A stretch of 63,692 nucleotides of DNA, counting the filler, from Aduncisulcus paluster (taxonomy: Eukaryota), in assembly GCA_024181965.1 (NCBI GenBank). It is 6 parts of 6 records of this genome, joined end to end, with 100 filler letters (N's around TTAATTAATTAA, not from the genome) between each part and the next. Parts side by side here need not be neighbours in the genome. Positions count along the whole stretch, not along the records: positions 1 to 14,314 come from BQXS01011297.1; 5 more parts are not named here. One strand, written 5' to 3'. The notes under the pieces are model-generated. The model had not been told where the DNA came from. It worked only from the letters and a program-made list of their open reading frames with translations, and made no database searches. Position numbers and translations under genes: made by a program. Shown one piece after another: positions 1 to 11,991 of the stretch; the stretch's first letter is position 1; each line of letters begins with the position of its first letter.

Positions 1-1
1 T

Positions 2-103
2 ACCCGAATTTCAGCCACTTCCAAAACAAGCAAACGAATAGCTGCACAGCATTATGAAGAAAATCATAAAAAGGCTTCAAAGAAACAGCAGGGGGATAAA
101 TGA
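2..103 (+). CDS. possible 3' end of a gene entering from the left edge
   Basis: Frame 2 is open from the edge (TRISATSK...QQGDK*) and is followed by AT-rich DNA; no family recognised. Confidence 0.3.
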   Translation, partial: TRISATSKTSKRIAAQHYEENHKKASKKQQGDK

Positions 104-236
104 AAAGCTTCAAACAACATAAATGATCCCGACATAAATGACAATGATCTCATACATGCTAACCGCACATTGAATTCGTAATTTTTATACTGTACTATAC
201 ATATTACTCATCCATTGTTTTAATTTTTGTTTATAT

Positions 237-290
237 TGTTTGAATAACACCGCTGTTGCCAAAAGCAGACGTTTTTATTGTTTTCTTTAA
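237..290. repeat. 54-bp dispersed repeat, inverted copy at 14608-14661
   Basis: Reverse complement matches 14608-14661 at 51/54 positions by manual alignment. Confidence 0.85.
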
Positions 291-553
291 TAAGTTTTAT
301 TATTGAATATTTAACGCATATTTTATAATAGGATTTTAATTAATATAATTATTTCAATATTAGAATGTTTATTACTACGTTATTACCAGAGATCGTAGAT
401 GAAAGTTTTTGTATATATTTTCAGTTTACTTTTTGATTCTCTCCGGGCATTCTTCTATTCATAATTAATAAAATTGCTCCACCACCATTATAAAGGTTAT
501 AAAATAACCAACAATATTAATTGGTTATCTTTATTTCCCAAGAAAAAAGGAAT

Positions 554-652
554 TTACGAGTAGCCGGGAAACTTATTACGAGTAGCCGGGAAATTCCCAA
601 CCAGCCGGGAATCCCCGGCTGGATGCCAGGGCCGGCTAAGCCGGCCCGGCTG
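554..652. repeat. GC-rich direct-repeat and double-hairpin island (AGCCGG motif)
   Basis: TTACGAGTAGCCGGGAAA at 554-571 and 576-593; hairpins CCAGCCGGG-AATC-CCCGGCTGG (601-622) and GGGCCGGCT-A-AGCCGGCCC (629-647). Confidence 0.8.
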
Positions 653-1419
653 AAGGTAATTCACCAACTCGAACAACTTGTCCGTTTCTTGAAGAACAAC
701 CACACAGCACAGTATAGTGAGTATAATTGAAGTAATTTTGAATTTACTCGCTATTCTATAAGAAACATCCGAAAATTTTACTTTAACACCGAAAATGCAA
801 TACATAGATGCAATATAACTACCATGTCACGAGATTAGGTCTCACTGTGAGGTTTTTGGTAGGTTTAAAACAACATTAAACACGTAATCTCTCAAAAAAA
901 AAAGAAAATAATAAGATATAAATTAATTTGTTCAAGTGTAAGAAATAGGCAAGGTTTGAGAGAATGAATTGATAGAAATATAGATAACTTTGTATAATCA
1001 ACCACGTTCTTTTCTTTTGTCAGCACTCTGAAAATAAATGGTATCATATGAATAATATGAAGACAAAAATTATCGAGAAAGGTCAAAAAAAAAAAAAAAA
1101 CGAAATCGGATATAATTTCTATCATAGGACAAATAAACCAAATACTTAGAGGAAAAAAAGAAGAGGAAAAGCAGAGAAAAAAAATTTCTAAACAACAGAT
1201 ATTATTACAAAAATTATTATTATTCGAAAGCCTCAATTTAGATAATGAAATCACGCAAGAAATATGATTTTAAACGAATAAATATCATATATATGTATAT
1301 ATAAGCATCAGAAACTGGAATAATAAGATTTTGAAAAATAATAGCATCAAAAAGCCAAATTAGAAAACAAAAATCAACACTGATCGAAGAAATAACTAAT
1401 ATAATATCATTAATATCTT

Positions 1420-4400
1420 TCATTTCGTACAACTATTAAACCAGGCCTTCCTGAACTTGGGCAAGGATACACAATCGGGATGAAGAGGTAAAAAATTGTA
1501 TCCAAAGAAATTGTCATCAATCGATTTGCCCATGGCATCTAAAGAATCAATAGAAAACTGAATGCTCGATCTTGAATCTTCAATGATTGTTCCTGATCGT
1601 TGGTCGGGGGTAAATTTCACTGGGGGTGATAAGGAAGAAGAAGAATCAGAATCAGATTGGGTGAAATCTATTTTTATCGCTCCCAACGGATCAGTGAGAT
1701 ATCCATGTTCGGTAAAATGCATAGAATTGAACAAATATGTATGGAATTGAATGAAAGAAAGGATTCTAAAGCATGGTTGATATAATGTAGAATGATCAAT
1801 ATCCATAGATAGGAAACAGTGTTTGGAACGAGCAGATCGAGGATAGTCTTTCGAGAATTTCAGGGAATTTCCTTCCCACGAAATAATATTTGTCAACAAA
1901 CGGGAGAGAATAAGAGTATTCGAGGATATCTGCAGGTTCCTATTAACAATGCCGGCAAACAACATTGTAACACGAGTTTTAAGCCAATTCCACACACAAA
2001 AGGTTTCTTCTTTTTCTGAAGAAGCACTCGAAGTGTGTTGCTTCGAAGAGTGTTTATCAGCATGTTCTGGAGCTTCACGCTGGTCAGACTCATCAGAGAG
2101 ATAAGAATCACCTGATTCCGACCTTTCATGCTGCGAGGGCAGCGAGTTTGGTTCACTCTTGTCTAAATCTATGGTTTCTGCCTCAAGAAGACATGAGAAT
2201 TGTTGTTTAAGCCCAAAGCTATCAAAAACGTCCTCACAAACACGATTAGCATATTCATAACATTTAGATTCGATCACCTCACTTGAATCTTTTCCAATGT
2301 CTACCTTAGGACGGGGTGTTTTATGGACAGCATCATACACGGCGCTCCTCAACAAACTGTCAATGACAGAGAGCATGTATTGAACAATGAAGACATCATG
2401 GAAGGCCACCACAGGGAAGTAAGGTAAGTATTCCTGCATAAAAAGTCTTTCACCTATAAACAACGAGGGTGATTTGAACATATCCGTAAGATACTTTCGG
2501 AAGGATTTGTGAGAGAAGAGAGGGGAACTCAACTGCTTTGACATGCCAATGAGGGTGGAAGAGGAGGAAGATCGATCCAACCCACAGGGATTCGACGAGT
2601 TATCCTTCAGGTTTCTCGCCTTTTCCTCAATCTTGGCTTTCTTTTTCTGTTCACTCAGCTCCCTTTCGATCTGGAGACAATCCGAGATATGATACACTTG
2701 GAAATAGTTCATGGGTGCATTGTGGAACACGGTGGCGTGGGGGGAAACAACACTAAACACGGCGGGCAACTGGGGCGCAAATGAGATAAAAATAGATTCA
2801 TTTTCATCCATGGCATCACACACGCCCCCTATTCCTGGTAAGCTTGATGGTCCATTGGTGGATGTATTTACACTTGTTCCATGTGAGGAAGAGGAAGATG
2901 ATGATGAATCTGTAGACAGCGAGGACGACACAGTATCCATCTCGCTATTGACCATCTTCATGCGAGGGGAACAATGAGGACTGTTCTTGAACAAATGGAC
3001 AGAATGAGAAGAAGAAGAAGATAAATCGGTGGATGTGGGAGTCGGTATCGTGGAAGAGGTAGAAAGTCTGGTCGAAGAGGAATCACGGAGTAGCAATCCA
3101 TGAGACTGTTTCTTCATAATCCTCTTTTCGATCGCTTGTTTCAAATCTTCGTGTTCCTTGAGACACGCATCAACCCAATCCTGGAATTGACCCATGCTCT
3201 GTTTCATGTGCTCGTATGCATTTCTCCAGCGAACAATTGGCACGGAAGAGTAGAAATAATTTTTCTCCATGTGAGAGGAGGAAGATGATGATGAATCTGT
3301 AGACAGCGAGGACGACACAGTATCCATCTCGCTATTGACCATCTTCATGCGAGGGGAACAATGAGGACTGTTCTTGAACAAATGGACAGAATGAGAAGAA
3401 GAAGAAGATAAATCGGTGGATGTGGGAGTCGGTATCGTGGAAGAGGTAGAAAGTCTGGTCGAAGAGGAATCACGGAGTAGCAATCCATGAGACTGTTTCT
3501 TCATAATCCTCTTTTCGATCGCTTGTTTCAAATCTTCGTGTTCCTTGAGACACGCATCAACCCAATCCTGGAATTGACCCATGCTCTGTTTCATGTGCTC
3601 GTATGCATTTCTCCAGCGAACAATTGGCACGGAAGAGTAGAAATAATTTTTCTCCATGTGAGAGGACGTGGTTGAGAATATCAAGGAAGGAGACATCGAC
3701 GTGAACACAGAACGGTGGTTATAACCAGCAGATGAGTGATGTGGTATGGAGAGGAAATGACACTGAGAGAGGGCATACGGAGGGGGCAGAAGAGAAAAGA
3801 TAGAGGATATATGATGGAAGTCACAATCACCTGTGAATGCAAATGTTAAGGGTAGGCAAGATTTTCTCCGACGACTCTCAAGGAAATCTCCATACTCGTC
3901 GAGCAGATAAGCATCCTTCATCCAATCGAGATCGTCACAATCCATTCCTTTCTTCTTCTTCTTTTGTTTCTTTTTCTTCTGTTTCGCTTGGACGAGGTCG
4001 AATGTCAAGGAGGAACTCAATAAAGAGGATGGAGGCTTGGCCGGAGAGACAGCAGGATTGAGGGCAGATACTGTTGTAATATCGCCCGATATATCTTGTT
4101 GCATGACGTCAGACACTTGAGAGGCAGCTATTGAGTATATATCATCAAAGGAGAGAGAAGCTGGTCGGAGAGATGGTTGGCACGGGGATGGAAGCATTTG
4201 CTGCGGAACTCTAGGAGAAAACCTGTTAATAACAGCGCTACTATCAATTATTTGAGATGAATGGCAAACATATTCTGACTCCAGTGAGTCAACAGAGCAA
4301 GAGAAACGGAATATAATTGAGTTTGCATTATGGTCTTTGAGTCCTTGGTGTTTCTTTGCCACAGGTTGGATAAACGGGGGTATATATAATATTATATCAA

Positions 4401-4902
4401 ATGGACACGCATGATTTGAATCAGTAAAGGCTTTTCTTTCCCACACTTCACAATCAGATTTCATTGAAGTCAACAAAGGGAATGAAAGCTGTTTAAACTT
4501 ATGTAAAGAAAGTGAATCTGTAAATTTCTTCGGAGAAAATGGTATTGTTCTTCCGATCATGGAACCATGAGTATATTTCAATACCTCAGGAACAAAGCCA
4601 TTGTGGTCAACGTGATCATGGGTCTGAAAATATTCACAATGATACGAAGAAAGTTTTAAAGTTCTACTTAAGAAATGAGAAACAAAAGATTGAATTGTCC
4701 TTGAGGAAATAGATGACGAGAGGAGGGGGGATGATGATTTTATATCTTGTCGTCTTCCAGAATCTATAATGGCACAATATTGTCCATATAGAAGAATAAA
4801 GAAAGAATATGAAGTTTTTATCCCAAGAGAAACAGCATAAACAGAACAAGGTCCACCAGAAACAGAATGACTTGTAGGAGATGGTAATACCATGTGACTC
4901 AT
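1420..4902 (-). CDS. ComEC/Rec2-type metallo-beta-lactamase-fold hydrolase with long low-complexity insertions and C-terminal extension
   Basis: Ordered motifs IIDSG, THDHVDH, HNANSII, FTGD, IPHHSS; contains a 387-bp in-frame tandem duplication. Confidence 0.75.
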   Translation of the reverse strand: MSHMVLPSPTSHSVSGGPCSVYAVSLGIKTSYSFFILLYGQYCAIIDSGRRQDIKSSSPLLSSSISSRTIQSFVSHFLSRTLKLSSYHCEYFQTHDHVDHNGFVPEVLKYTHGSMIGRTIPFSPKKFTDSLSLHKFKQLSFPLLTSMKSDCEVWERKAFTDSNHACPFDIILYIPPFIQPVAKKHQGLKDHNANSIIFRFSCSVDSLESEYVCHSSQIIDSSAVINRFSPRVPQQMLPSPCQPSLRPASLSFDDIYSIAASQVSDVMQQDISGDITTVSALNPAVSPAKPPSSLLSSSLTFDLVQAKQKKKKQKKKKKGMDCDDLDWMKDAYLLDEYGDFLESRRRKSCLPLTFAFTGDCDFHHISSIFSLLPPPYALSQCHFLSIPHHSSAGYNHRSVFTSMSPSLIFSTTSSHMEKNYFYSSVPIVRWRNAYEHMKQSMGQFQDWVDACLKEHEDLKQAIEKRIMKKQSHGLLLRDSSSTRLSTSSTIPTPTSTDLSSSSSHSVHLFKNSPHCSPRMKMVNSEMDTVSSSLSTDSSSSSSSHMEKNYFYSSVPIVRWRNAYEHMKQSMGQFQDWVDACLKEHEDLKQAIEKRIMKKQSHGLLLRDSSSTRLSTSSTIPTPTSTDLSSSSSHSVHLFKNSPHCSPRMKMVNSEMDTVSSSLSTDSSSSSSSSHGTSVNTSTNGPSSLPGIGGVCDAMDENESIFISFAPQLPAVFSVVSPHATVFHNAPMNYFQVYHISDCLQIERELSEQKKKAKIEEKARNLKDNSSNPCGLDRSSSSSTLIGMSKQLSSPLFSHKSFRKYLTDMFKSPSLFIGERLFMQEYLPYFPVVAFHDVFIVQYMLSVIDSLLRSAVYDAVHKTPRPKVDIGKDSSEVIESKCYEYANRVCEDVFDSFGLKQQFSCLLEAETIDLDKSEPNSLPSQHERSESGDSYLSDESDQREAPEHADKHSSKQHTSSASSEKEETFCVWNWLKTRVTMLFAGIVNRNLQISSNTLILSRLLTNIISWEGNSLKFSKDYPRSARSKHCFLSMDIDHSTLYQPCFRILSFIQFHTYLFNSMHFTEHGYLTDPLGAIKIDFTQSDSDSSSSLSPPVKFTPDQRSGTIIEDSRSSIQFSIDSLDAMGKSIDDNFFGYNFLPLHPDCVSLPKFRKAWFNSCTK
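2891..3666. repeat. exact 387-bp tandem duplication inside the MBL gene
   Basis: 2891-3279 equals 3278-3666; a 129-aa block is duplicated in the protein. Confidence 0.9.
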
Positions 4903-5454
4903 ACAAAAACAATCCTAAAAAGAAGATAAATAAGAATCACACGACGCAAAGTGGGCACAATACAGGAGCAAAACCCAAGAAAAATGGGGCTGTGAACAAT
5001 TCATCAGGTCATTCTAATATTTGCAGATATTTGAAATAGAAAAACTATTACTGGAACTATGGAATGAAAATTTATGCTCTAATATTTTACAATTCAGTGA
5101 TTCCAAAGAGATAGGTTAAAACAAAGATTATATATATTTAACAGTTAAATATTTTATAATAAATGGAGCATATTGTTTTATCCAAGAATTATATTTGCCA
5201 ATTTTTTGTATATCGTCTGTTATTTGAAATATTTGATATTTCCGAAACGAAGGAGATATGAAAAATGAAAATCGGTTTACTTCCTTATAATTGTTGAATT
5301 AAAATCTTTTCTTATATAGATGTTCACCTATACAATTTGTTTTCCTTCTTGGATTGAATTCTTCTCACAATTCTATTTTTGTTTATTTTCGGCAAGAACT
5401 ACCTTCTAAAGCTCATTCTTCCGCCAGTTTGAGAGCCAAAAAGGAATATTTAAC

Positions 5455-5875
5455 ATGGTATGTTGTCTTTCAAATGAAATATTATTATAATTATTGTCAT
5501 TATATTGTTTTTCTCATTGATTCTCTCATTTTTATTAATAATATCCGTATCACCTGTTTTATTGATAACTTGCAATATTAATTCATATTATTACAACATT
5601 TAAATCTTTTTATATTTAATTGCATCTTTTTTAATTTTCAATATTAGCCTAAAGCCATCCGTGATATTTCTCAACTTGTTGAACTTGCCAAGCGTGATGA
5701 CGCCACTGAAATTCGTGTGAAGAAGATTACTAGTGGTCCTCGTAAGGGTATTGTGAAGTTGAAGGTTCGTACTTCCAAATATTTGCACACTCTCACTCTT
5801 GACCGTAAGAATGCCTTCAGGGCCTCCAAACTCATTTCTTCTCTCCGTTCTCACGTCAAATGCGTGAACGTATAA
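5455..5875 (+). CDS. RPL38: 60S ribosomal protein eL38, join(5455..5457,5648..5875), 76 aa
   Basis: ATG|GTATGT...ATTAG| intron 5458-5647; MPKAIRDISQLVELAKRDDATEIRVKK...VKLKVRTSKYLHTLTL matches eL38; missed by the ORF track. Confidence 0.92.
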
Positions 5876-6096
5876 TTTGAGTAAATGTTTTTTTGGCAAA
5901 TAGTTCCTCTAGCCATTATATTTTTTTTGAAGGGTATGTCCTCTCAATAATCCCCTAATTTTCAACATATACTTGATTATTATAAGAAAAAATATCTAAG
6001 TATTTATTTTTTTAATTCCACAACTTGGAAGAAAGAGTGTTCCAAAACATGGGATTTATAAAGAAAATCTAATCCAATGATTTATTTTCAATATTA

Positions 6097-9000
6097 TTAC
6101 ATCACTTGTTGCATGATAGAAGAGTATTTTCCAGGATTCTTCTTTCTCAAAACCAATAATTTTTCTAATCCTTCATACCATTCTTCTACGACTTGACGCA
6201 TGGGGGAAACTAAATATAAAGGGGCTTGTTTCTCAAAATCGATTCGAACACTGGGCATTCGTTTTGTTTCTCCCGGTATTTTCAAAGGATTTGAGCAACT
6301 CTTGGAAATTGACTTGATTTGCTTTATCATATGGAAAGTTTTTCGTGATGTTTTCTTCGTTTTGCTGAAAAAGATTTCAATACGTTTCCCATCAGTGCTT
6401 AGCTTGACAGTTCTTTCGATGGCTCCTTTCACTCTTACGAGTCCATGCTCAGTCATAAGTTCAACCGTCTCCCTTTGAGAGTGGTGAGGAATAAAGAATA
6501 CATTTCCATGACGCAAGGGGGAGACTGCAGCAATTATTTTGCCCAATTTGGAGTCAAGGGGTGTTACCGAGTGTGATGGAACACGGGCAGGGGGCATTGA
6601 TTGACGAGACACTGAAGTACGAGGCTGGGATGTTGTTGTATGTGAAGTTGATTTCCAGCCGTACTCATTAGTGGTCACAGATTGCTCATTCGTGGCCACA
6701 GATTGTTGTGGTTCTTGGGAAGGAAGAGCAGCAGGAACGGGTACATCATCATGCATCAAAGGTTCCCTCTCTTCCTCCTCATCCTGGAGTTTCTCCAACT
6801 CTCTCTCCTCTTCTTCCTCCAATATCTCTTCTCTAGAATAGTCAGTCTCATCGCGAGATGTAGATTCGTCTCTTGTAGCGCCTTGATGGTGAGACTCGTC
6901 AGGAATTTCTTCCATCTCATATTCTTCCTCGCCTCCACGGACATCTCTCTCAGCCTGTTCTACAAGCATCATAACACGGCTTTCAATGATATTCTCCCCT
7001 CTACCTTCTTCAATCTCACGAATCATTTCTTCAACCTCGACTTCACGGGACTTGATCATCTCGATAACTTCACGGGCTTCTCTCTTCCGCTCAACTTCAA
7101 ATTCACGTTCATAGGTGGCTTGGACAAGAGTGTGCAAATAGGCAGATGTTTTGGTGGCAGATGTGGATGGGGAACGGGCAAAAGCAGAAGAACTAAACGA
7201 AAATGCGTTGAAACGTTCACTGGAAGAGGACGTAAGCATACGCTCGGCTGATAACGAAGGCTCAGGACGAGGTCTGGAACGTGATTTCCGAATATCTTCT
7301 TGCACCCGATCCTTAATGAGCTCTAGCTGATGTGTATACTCATCAGCAGTGTCGAGTTGTTCTTTGAGATTATCCCTTGCACTCTTGAGCTTGTTCACAA
7401 GCTTTTGGAGTTGTTTCTTGTGGTGAGAAGACACTCTCACAAATTCGGTCTTGTATTTGTCATTGAGACTACATCCTCTCCGCTCTTTCTCGGCTTGAAC
7501 ACATTTAGAAATCTCTTTTTCCTCATTAATAAGGCGTTCAATTGAGCTCACAGTGAATTTGGAACGATCAACAACCCTCACAAGGCATTTAAGACATTCG
7601 ATCGAGGATTCAGTGCGGAACAAGTCAAGGCTACTCAATTTGGCGACATATTCCTGGACCTCGGGACTGACTTTGGAGATATAATTCCCGGAAGAAATAG
7701 ACATTCCAAATACTTTTAAATCGGCATCTTCGAGTTCCTTGGAAATGTCAGAGAGAAGATTAACATTATCGGTCAAAACGGTATGCTCTTCTTTCAATTT
7801 TTCGATCTTGGCTTCACATGCTAACTTCTGGGCTTCACTGAAACGCTCAGAAGCGTCATGCTGAGCAATAAGATCCTCTAGTTCGGTGGAAAGAGCAATA
7901 TATTCTTCTTCACGGCTCATCAGATCGGGAGGTGAAGCAGTGGAGGAAACGGTATGGATACGGTGTTTCTCAACACGGAAATATTCGAGAAGTTGTTCCA
8001 TCATAGCAATCTGAGCTTTGGCCTCATTGATTAAGGCTTCATCATAACGGATGTGACACTCACTCAGACTCTTGGAATAAATGTGAAGCNNNNNNNNNNN
8101 NNNNNNNNNCGGTATGCTCTTCTTTCAATTTTTCGATCTTGGCTTCACATGCTAACTTCTGGGCTTCACTGAAACGCTCAGAAGCGTCATGCTGAGCAAT
8201 AAGATCCTCTAGTTCGGTGGAAAGAGCAATATATTCTTCTTCACGGCTCATCAGATCGGGAGGTGAAGCAGTGGAGGAAACGGTATGGATACGGTGTTTC
8301 TCAACACGGAAATATTCGAGAAGTTGTTCCATCATAGCAATCTGAGCTTTGGCCTCATTGATTAAGGCTTCATCATAACGGATGTGACACTCACTCAGAC
8401 TCTTGGAATAAATGTGAAGCTCAAATTGATAGAGGAGGGCATTCTTGCGACGGAGTTGATCGCTGGTTTCTCTTATCTCGGCGGCAATCTTATCCATATC
8501 CTGATGAACAAGGGAATCATGCTCTTTCTTGAGCTCATTCAGACGCTTCTCTTTACGCTCAAGCTGTTTATCACGGTTACGAACACTCGTAGCCATCTTG
8601 GCAACTTCATCAAGATCATCAGTCAATTCAGCAACCAAAAAAACCTGTAAGAAAGACGAAGAGCCACTTGTGGACAATAAATCAACTAATTTGGGTTGTT
8701 TTTGATCCTTCTTTCTCTTGTCGGAAGAAGAGGAGCCTCCAAAACCTTCTTGACGTGCACGTTTGACCATGGCTTCAATCTCCTTGTCATCCTCATCCTC
8801 GAAACTCTCAGAAGCCCAAGTACTCAATGTCACCTTCCTTTCTTGTGCCAAGAGTCTAATCCGGTCTTCAAGGACACGAACTAATTCGTCGTAGTTATCC
8901 ACACGACGCTCTTCATTCGACGTAAGGTTTGAAAGGGCATACTCGAGACTCTCAATGTTTGAGTTAAATCGTTTGAGACGAAGAGCAAGGTCAGCATCGG

Positions 9001-11635
9001 ATAATTCATCCCCAGAGGCCTTATCGTCATCAGAGGCAGATCCAGAATCGCCAGACGCATCGCCAGACGCCTGTTCCTTCATTCTCCTCCCCTTCCCGTG
9101 ATCCCTGGCCTTAACTCCGAGGACTTCTTTTTCCATATCTTCGACCTTGGCTTCCAACTCATCGCGTTGCTTCCTTGCAATCGCAAACCAGGCCTCGGCT
9201 TGTTCATGCAGACCCTTCATATGTGTTCTCCTGGCCATGACATCCTCAGAAATCCTATTGCACTCCTTCTCATACCTAGCTGCAGAGTTCTTGGTCTCGT
9301 TGAAGAGTCTGGAATGGGGTAAAAGTGAACCATTGAGGGAAATCAGAGGAAGAGGGTTTTGTTGGAGATCAGCAACAAAACTCAGGACACGGCGGAATTC
9401 TTCCTCAGATTTGAAACCATTGAAGGGAAGAGAGGATAGAGGGGGGGGCTTAGGGAACTCAAGGTCATCAACATTGGGAACTCCTTCAGCTCGTTTCTGC
9501 TCTTTTACCCGGTGAACATGCTGTTGGTACTCCATGGCCTGCTGTTCTTCAGGGCCATTCACCCCAAGTACAACACAGGCAAGGTGGATCCAATCTGAGT
9601 TGAGCAGCTGAACGGTACTTGCAGGGTACGAGCCCTTCTCAACATGGGCACGAAGACGCTTCATTGCACCCAAGAGTTCCATCCTAATGCTCTTGCCTCG
9701 TTCAGTCAAATGCTGGAAGCTAAGTGCCTGTTTCCTTTGGGCTTCTCCAATTGTAAAGAAATTGCTAGAACTGAAAGAGGATCCGACAGTGGTAGCAAGA
9801 CCCATGGTTGATGCATCCCATGATCTCACAACAGGAATAATACTTTCAAGAATGCTCAAGGCACTCGAGGATGCACTGGCATGTTTCTCTTTCTCAGCAA
9901 CAATCGAGAGAGCTTCCCTCCGACGCTCTTCGAACATTCGTATGGCTTCGGCACCGTCATGTCTGGCAGCTCCTTTGCTCTCTTCACGCTTCAACTCGCC
10001 CATGATTCGGGTCATTTCTGTGATATCGGCCTCAATCTCACGTTCCAGATACTCGGCTCTCTTGTGAGCTGCTGTCAAGAAACGCATCTTCAGATCATCA
10101 TCGACAACTGCCTTTTGCTGACGTTCAGCATTGATTCCAATCGACTCAAGGAATTCACATAGGGCATTGAGAGCACGCTTGTTCTGAGCAAGGGATTCAG
10201 AGTGGGTAGAATACGAATTTAGAATGGCTGAGAAACTACCAGATTGATCGTGTCCAGATCCAGCAGAAGTTCTATGAGAATCGAGTAAACGAAGAATGCG
10301 TTCCATGCTTTCACGAGCACGTTCCATGGTGTAGAGGTACACAGTCTTTTGGGCCAATTGCTCTCGAGCACTTTCCAGACATGCCATAGAACTGAACTCA
10401 GCCTCTTCAAACTCATGGATCTTTTGATCACGAGTCTGTTCAGCGTTTACGACCTCAACACGAAGCTTGGAGAGTTGTTGTTTTAGCTTCTTGGGCTCTT
10501 CACGACGTCTTACACGATCTTGGGATAATTTGTCTAAAGAGTCAGCCTTTTGCTGCATTTCACTGAGCTCTAATTCAAGTCTTTCCTTGTCTTGAAGGTA
10601 CAAATGTTTGGCCTTTTCATCATCAGCCTTACGTTTCGAAAATTCCTCTTGAAGGACCTCAATTTCGGCTTGGATCTCCATGAGACGCTCTTTTACATCA
10701 TCGTCACGGGCACGACACATTGACAGGGCTCTTTGAGTGCTGGCGTCGAGTCCAGGAATATTTTCAGATAATTCGAGCTTCTCAGCATTTAAAGAATCAA
10801 TCTCCTTTGAGACTTCAACCGCATGACTCTCTAAACTTTCCATAGTCGATTTTGACTCAGCCAAAGAGGAAGAGAGCTTGTCAACTTCATCTTTCATCTT
10901 CTGCATTTCAGAGCGAGCAACAGGAAGGGACATCTTGACTAAATGAATGGGAAGTTCAATTTGGTGGGATTTATCATCCTTTGAATCTCTTGGTTGTGGG
11001 ATTTCAAGCTCAGAGAGAGCCTTCAAGGCCTCTTGAACAACCATCGAAGCAATAGCCAATTCTTCTTCTTTCTGTTTTAACTCATCTCTTTCGGATTGGG
11101 CTTTTTCAAAATGCGGAGTAACTTCTTCCTCAATATCAGCGAGGTATTCTTTAATTCCTTGGTCAAGGAGGTCAACTTTTTCACGAAGTTCATCAATAGC
11201 TGAAACGTTAGACTGTTTTTCTTTCTCAGCTTCAATTTGTTTTAAATTTGAGGTTTCAGCTTTAAGAACAGACTCAACATGAATCAATTCAGATTTATCG
11301 GATCTTAGTTCATCAGTGATAGCTCTCAATTCTTTTGTAAATATGTTGTGATCTTTTTCATTACATTCCCTAAGACGTTTCAGAAACTGGTCACGTAATT
11401 CGCGAATTCTGTCCAAATCTTCCTCGTGTCCCAGAATTTCACATTCGCTCATTCTAACATCGTGTAAAAGTTCAAATTCTATCTCTTTATATTTTGTTTG
11501 GAATGTAGAGAAGAGATTTTTGCTCATATATCCCACACTTTCCAACATTCGGACAGTATTCAAAACTAAGACCGAGAGCCGCTTACATTGTCTAAAACGA
11601 CCATCAGCATACTCTTTGACACCTCGGTCGTCCAT
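6097..11635 (-). CDS. large coiled-coil protein with C-terminal PH-like domain (one gene of about 1735 aa split by a gap overlap)
   Basis: ORFs 8060-11635 and 6097-8004 share identical sequence (7779-8089 = 8110-8420) around 20 N; the C-terminus ends LYLVSPMRQVVEEWYEGLEKLL, resembling a PH terminal helix. Confidence 0.8.
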
Positions 11636-11991
11636 TGTATTCTGAAAGAGAGTTTTATATCGGTCGAGAAAAAGGTCCGAAAATATTGAATAATGCTACT
11701 GAATGAAATAGCAAATATTATTCAAAATATTTTATACCTGTAATGTTTTGAGCTTTTTTTAAATAAAAATTTCAGAAAAAAATTTTATATATCCACTATT
11801 CCAGGCCTAGAATTTTTTAAGTGATTCAAACTAGCATGTGTGAAACAAAGGATAAATATTTTATTGACAATGTTATGGGTTTGAGAAATATTGATTGAAT
11901 TAATTCACATTTTTCAAAAGATCACGTCTTCAGAGATTTCATTTGTAAAAAGGCTCAACATAAACCTGTAATGTTATTTATGCATCCATTT

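Noticed and set aside
892..1254. 120-aa hydrophobic ORF
   Set aside because: Product of A-rich low-complexity intergenic DNA
5600..5899. 99-aa minus-strand ORF
   Set aside because: Antisense shadow of RPL38
7779..8420. Apparent gene duplication or two genes
   Set aside because: Identical 311-bp overlap around 20 N; an unmerged contig overlap. The same applies to 24841-25350
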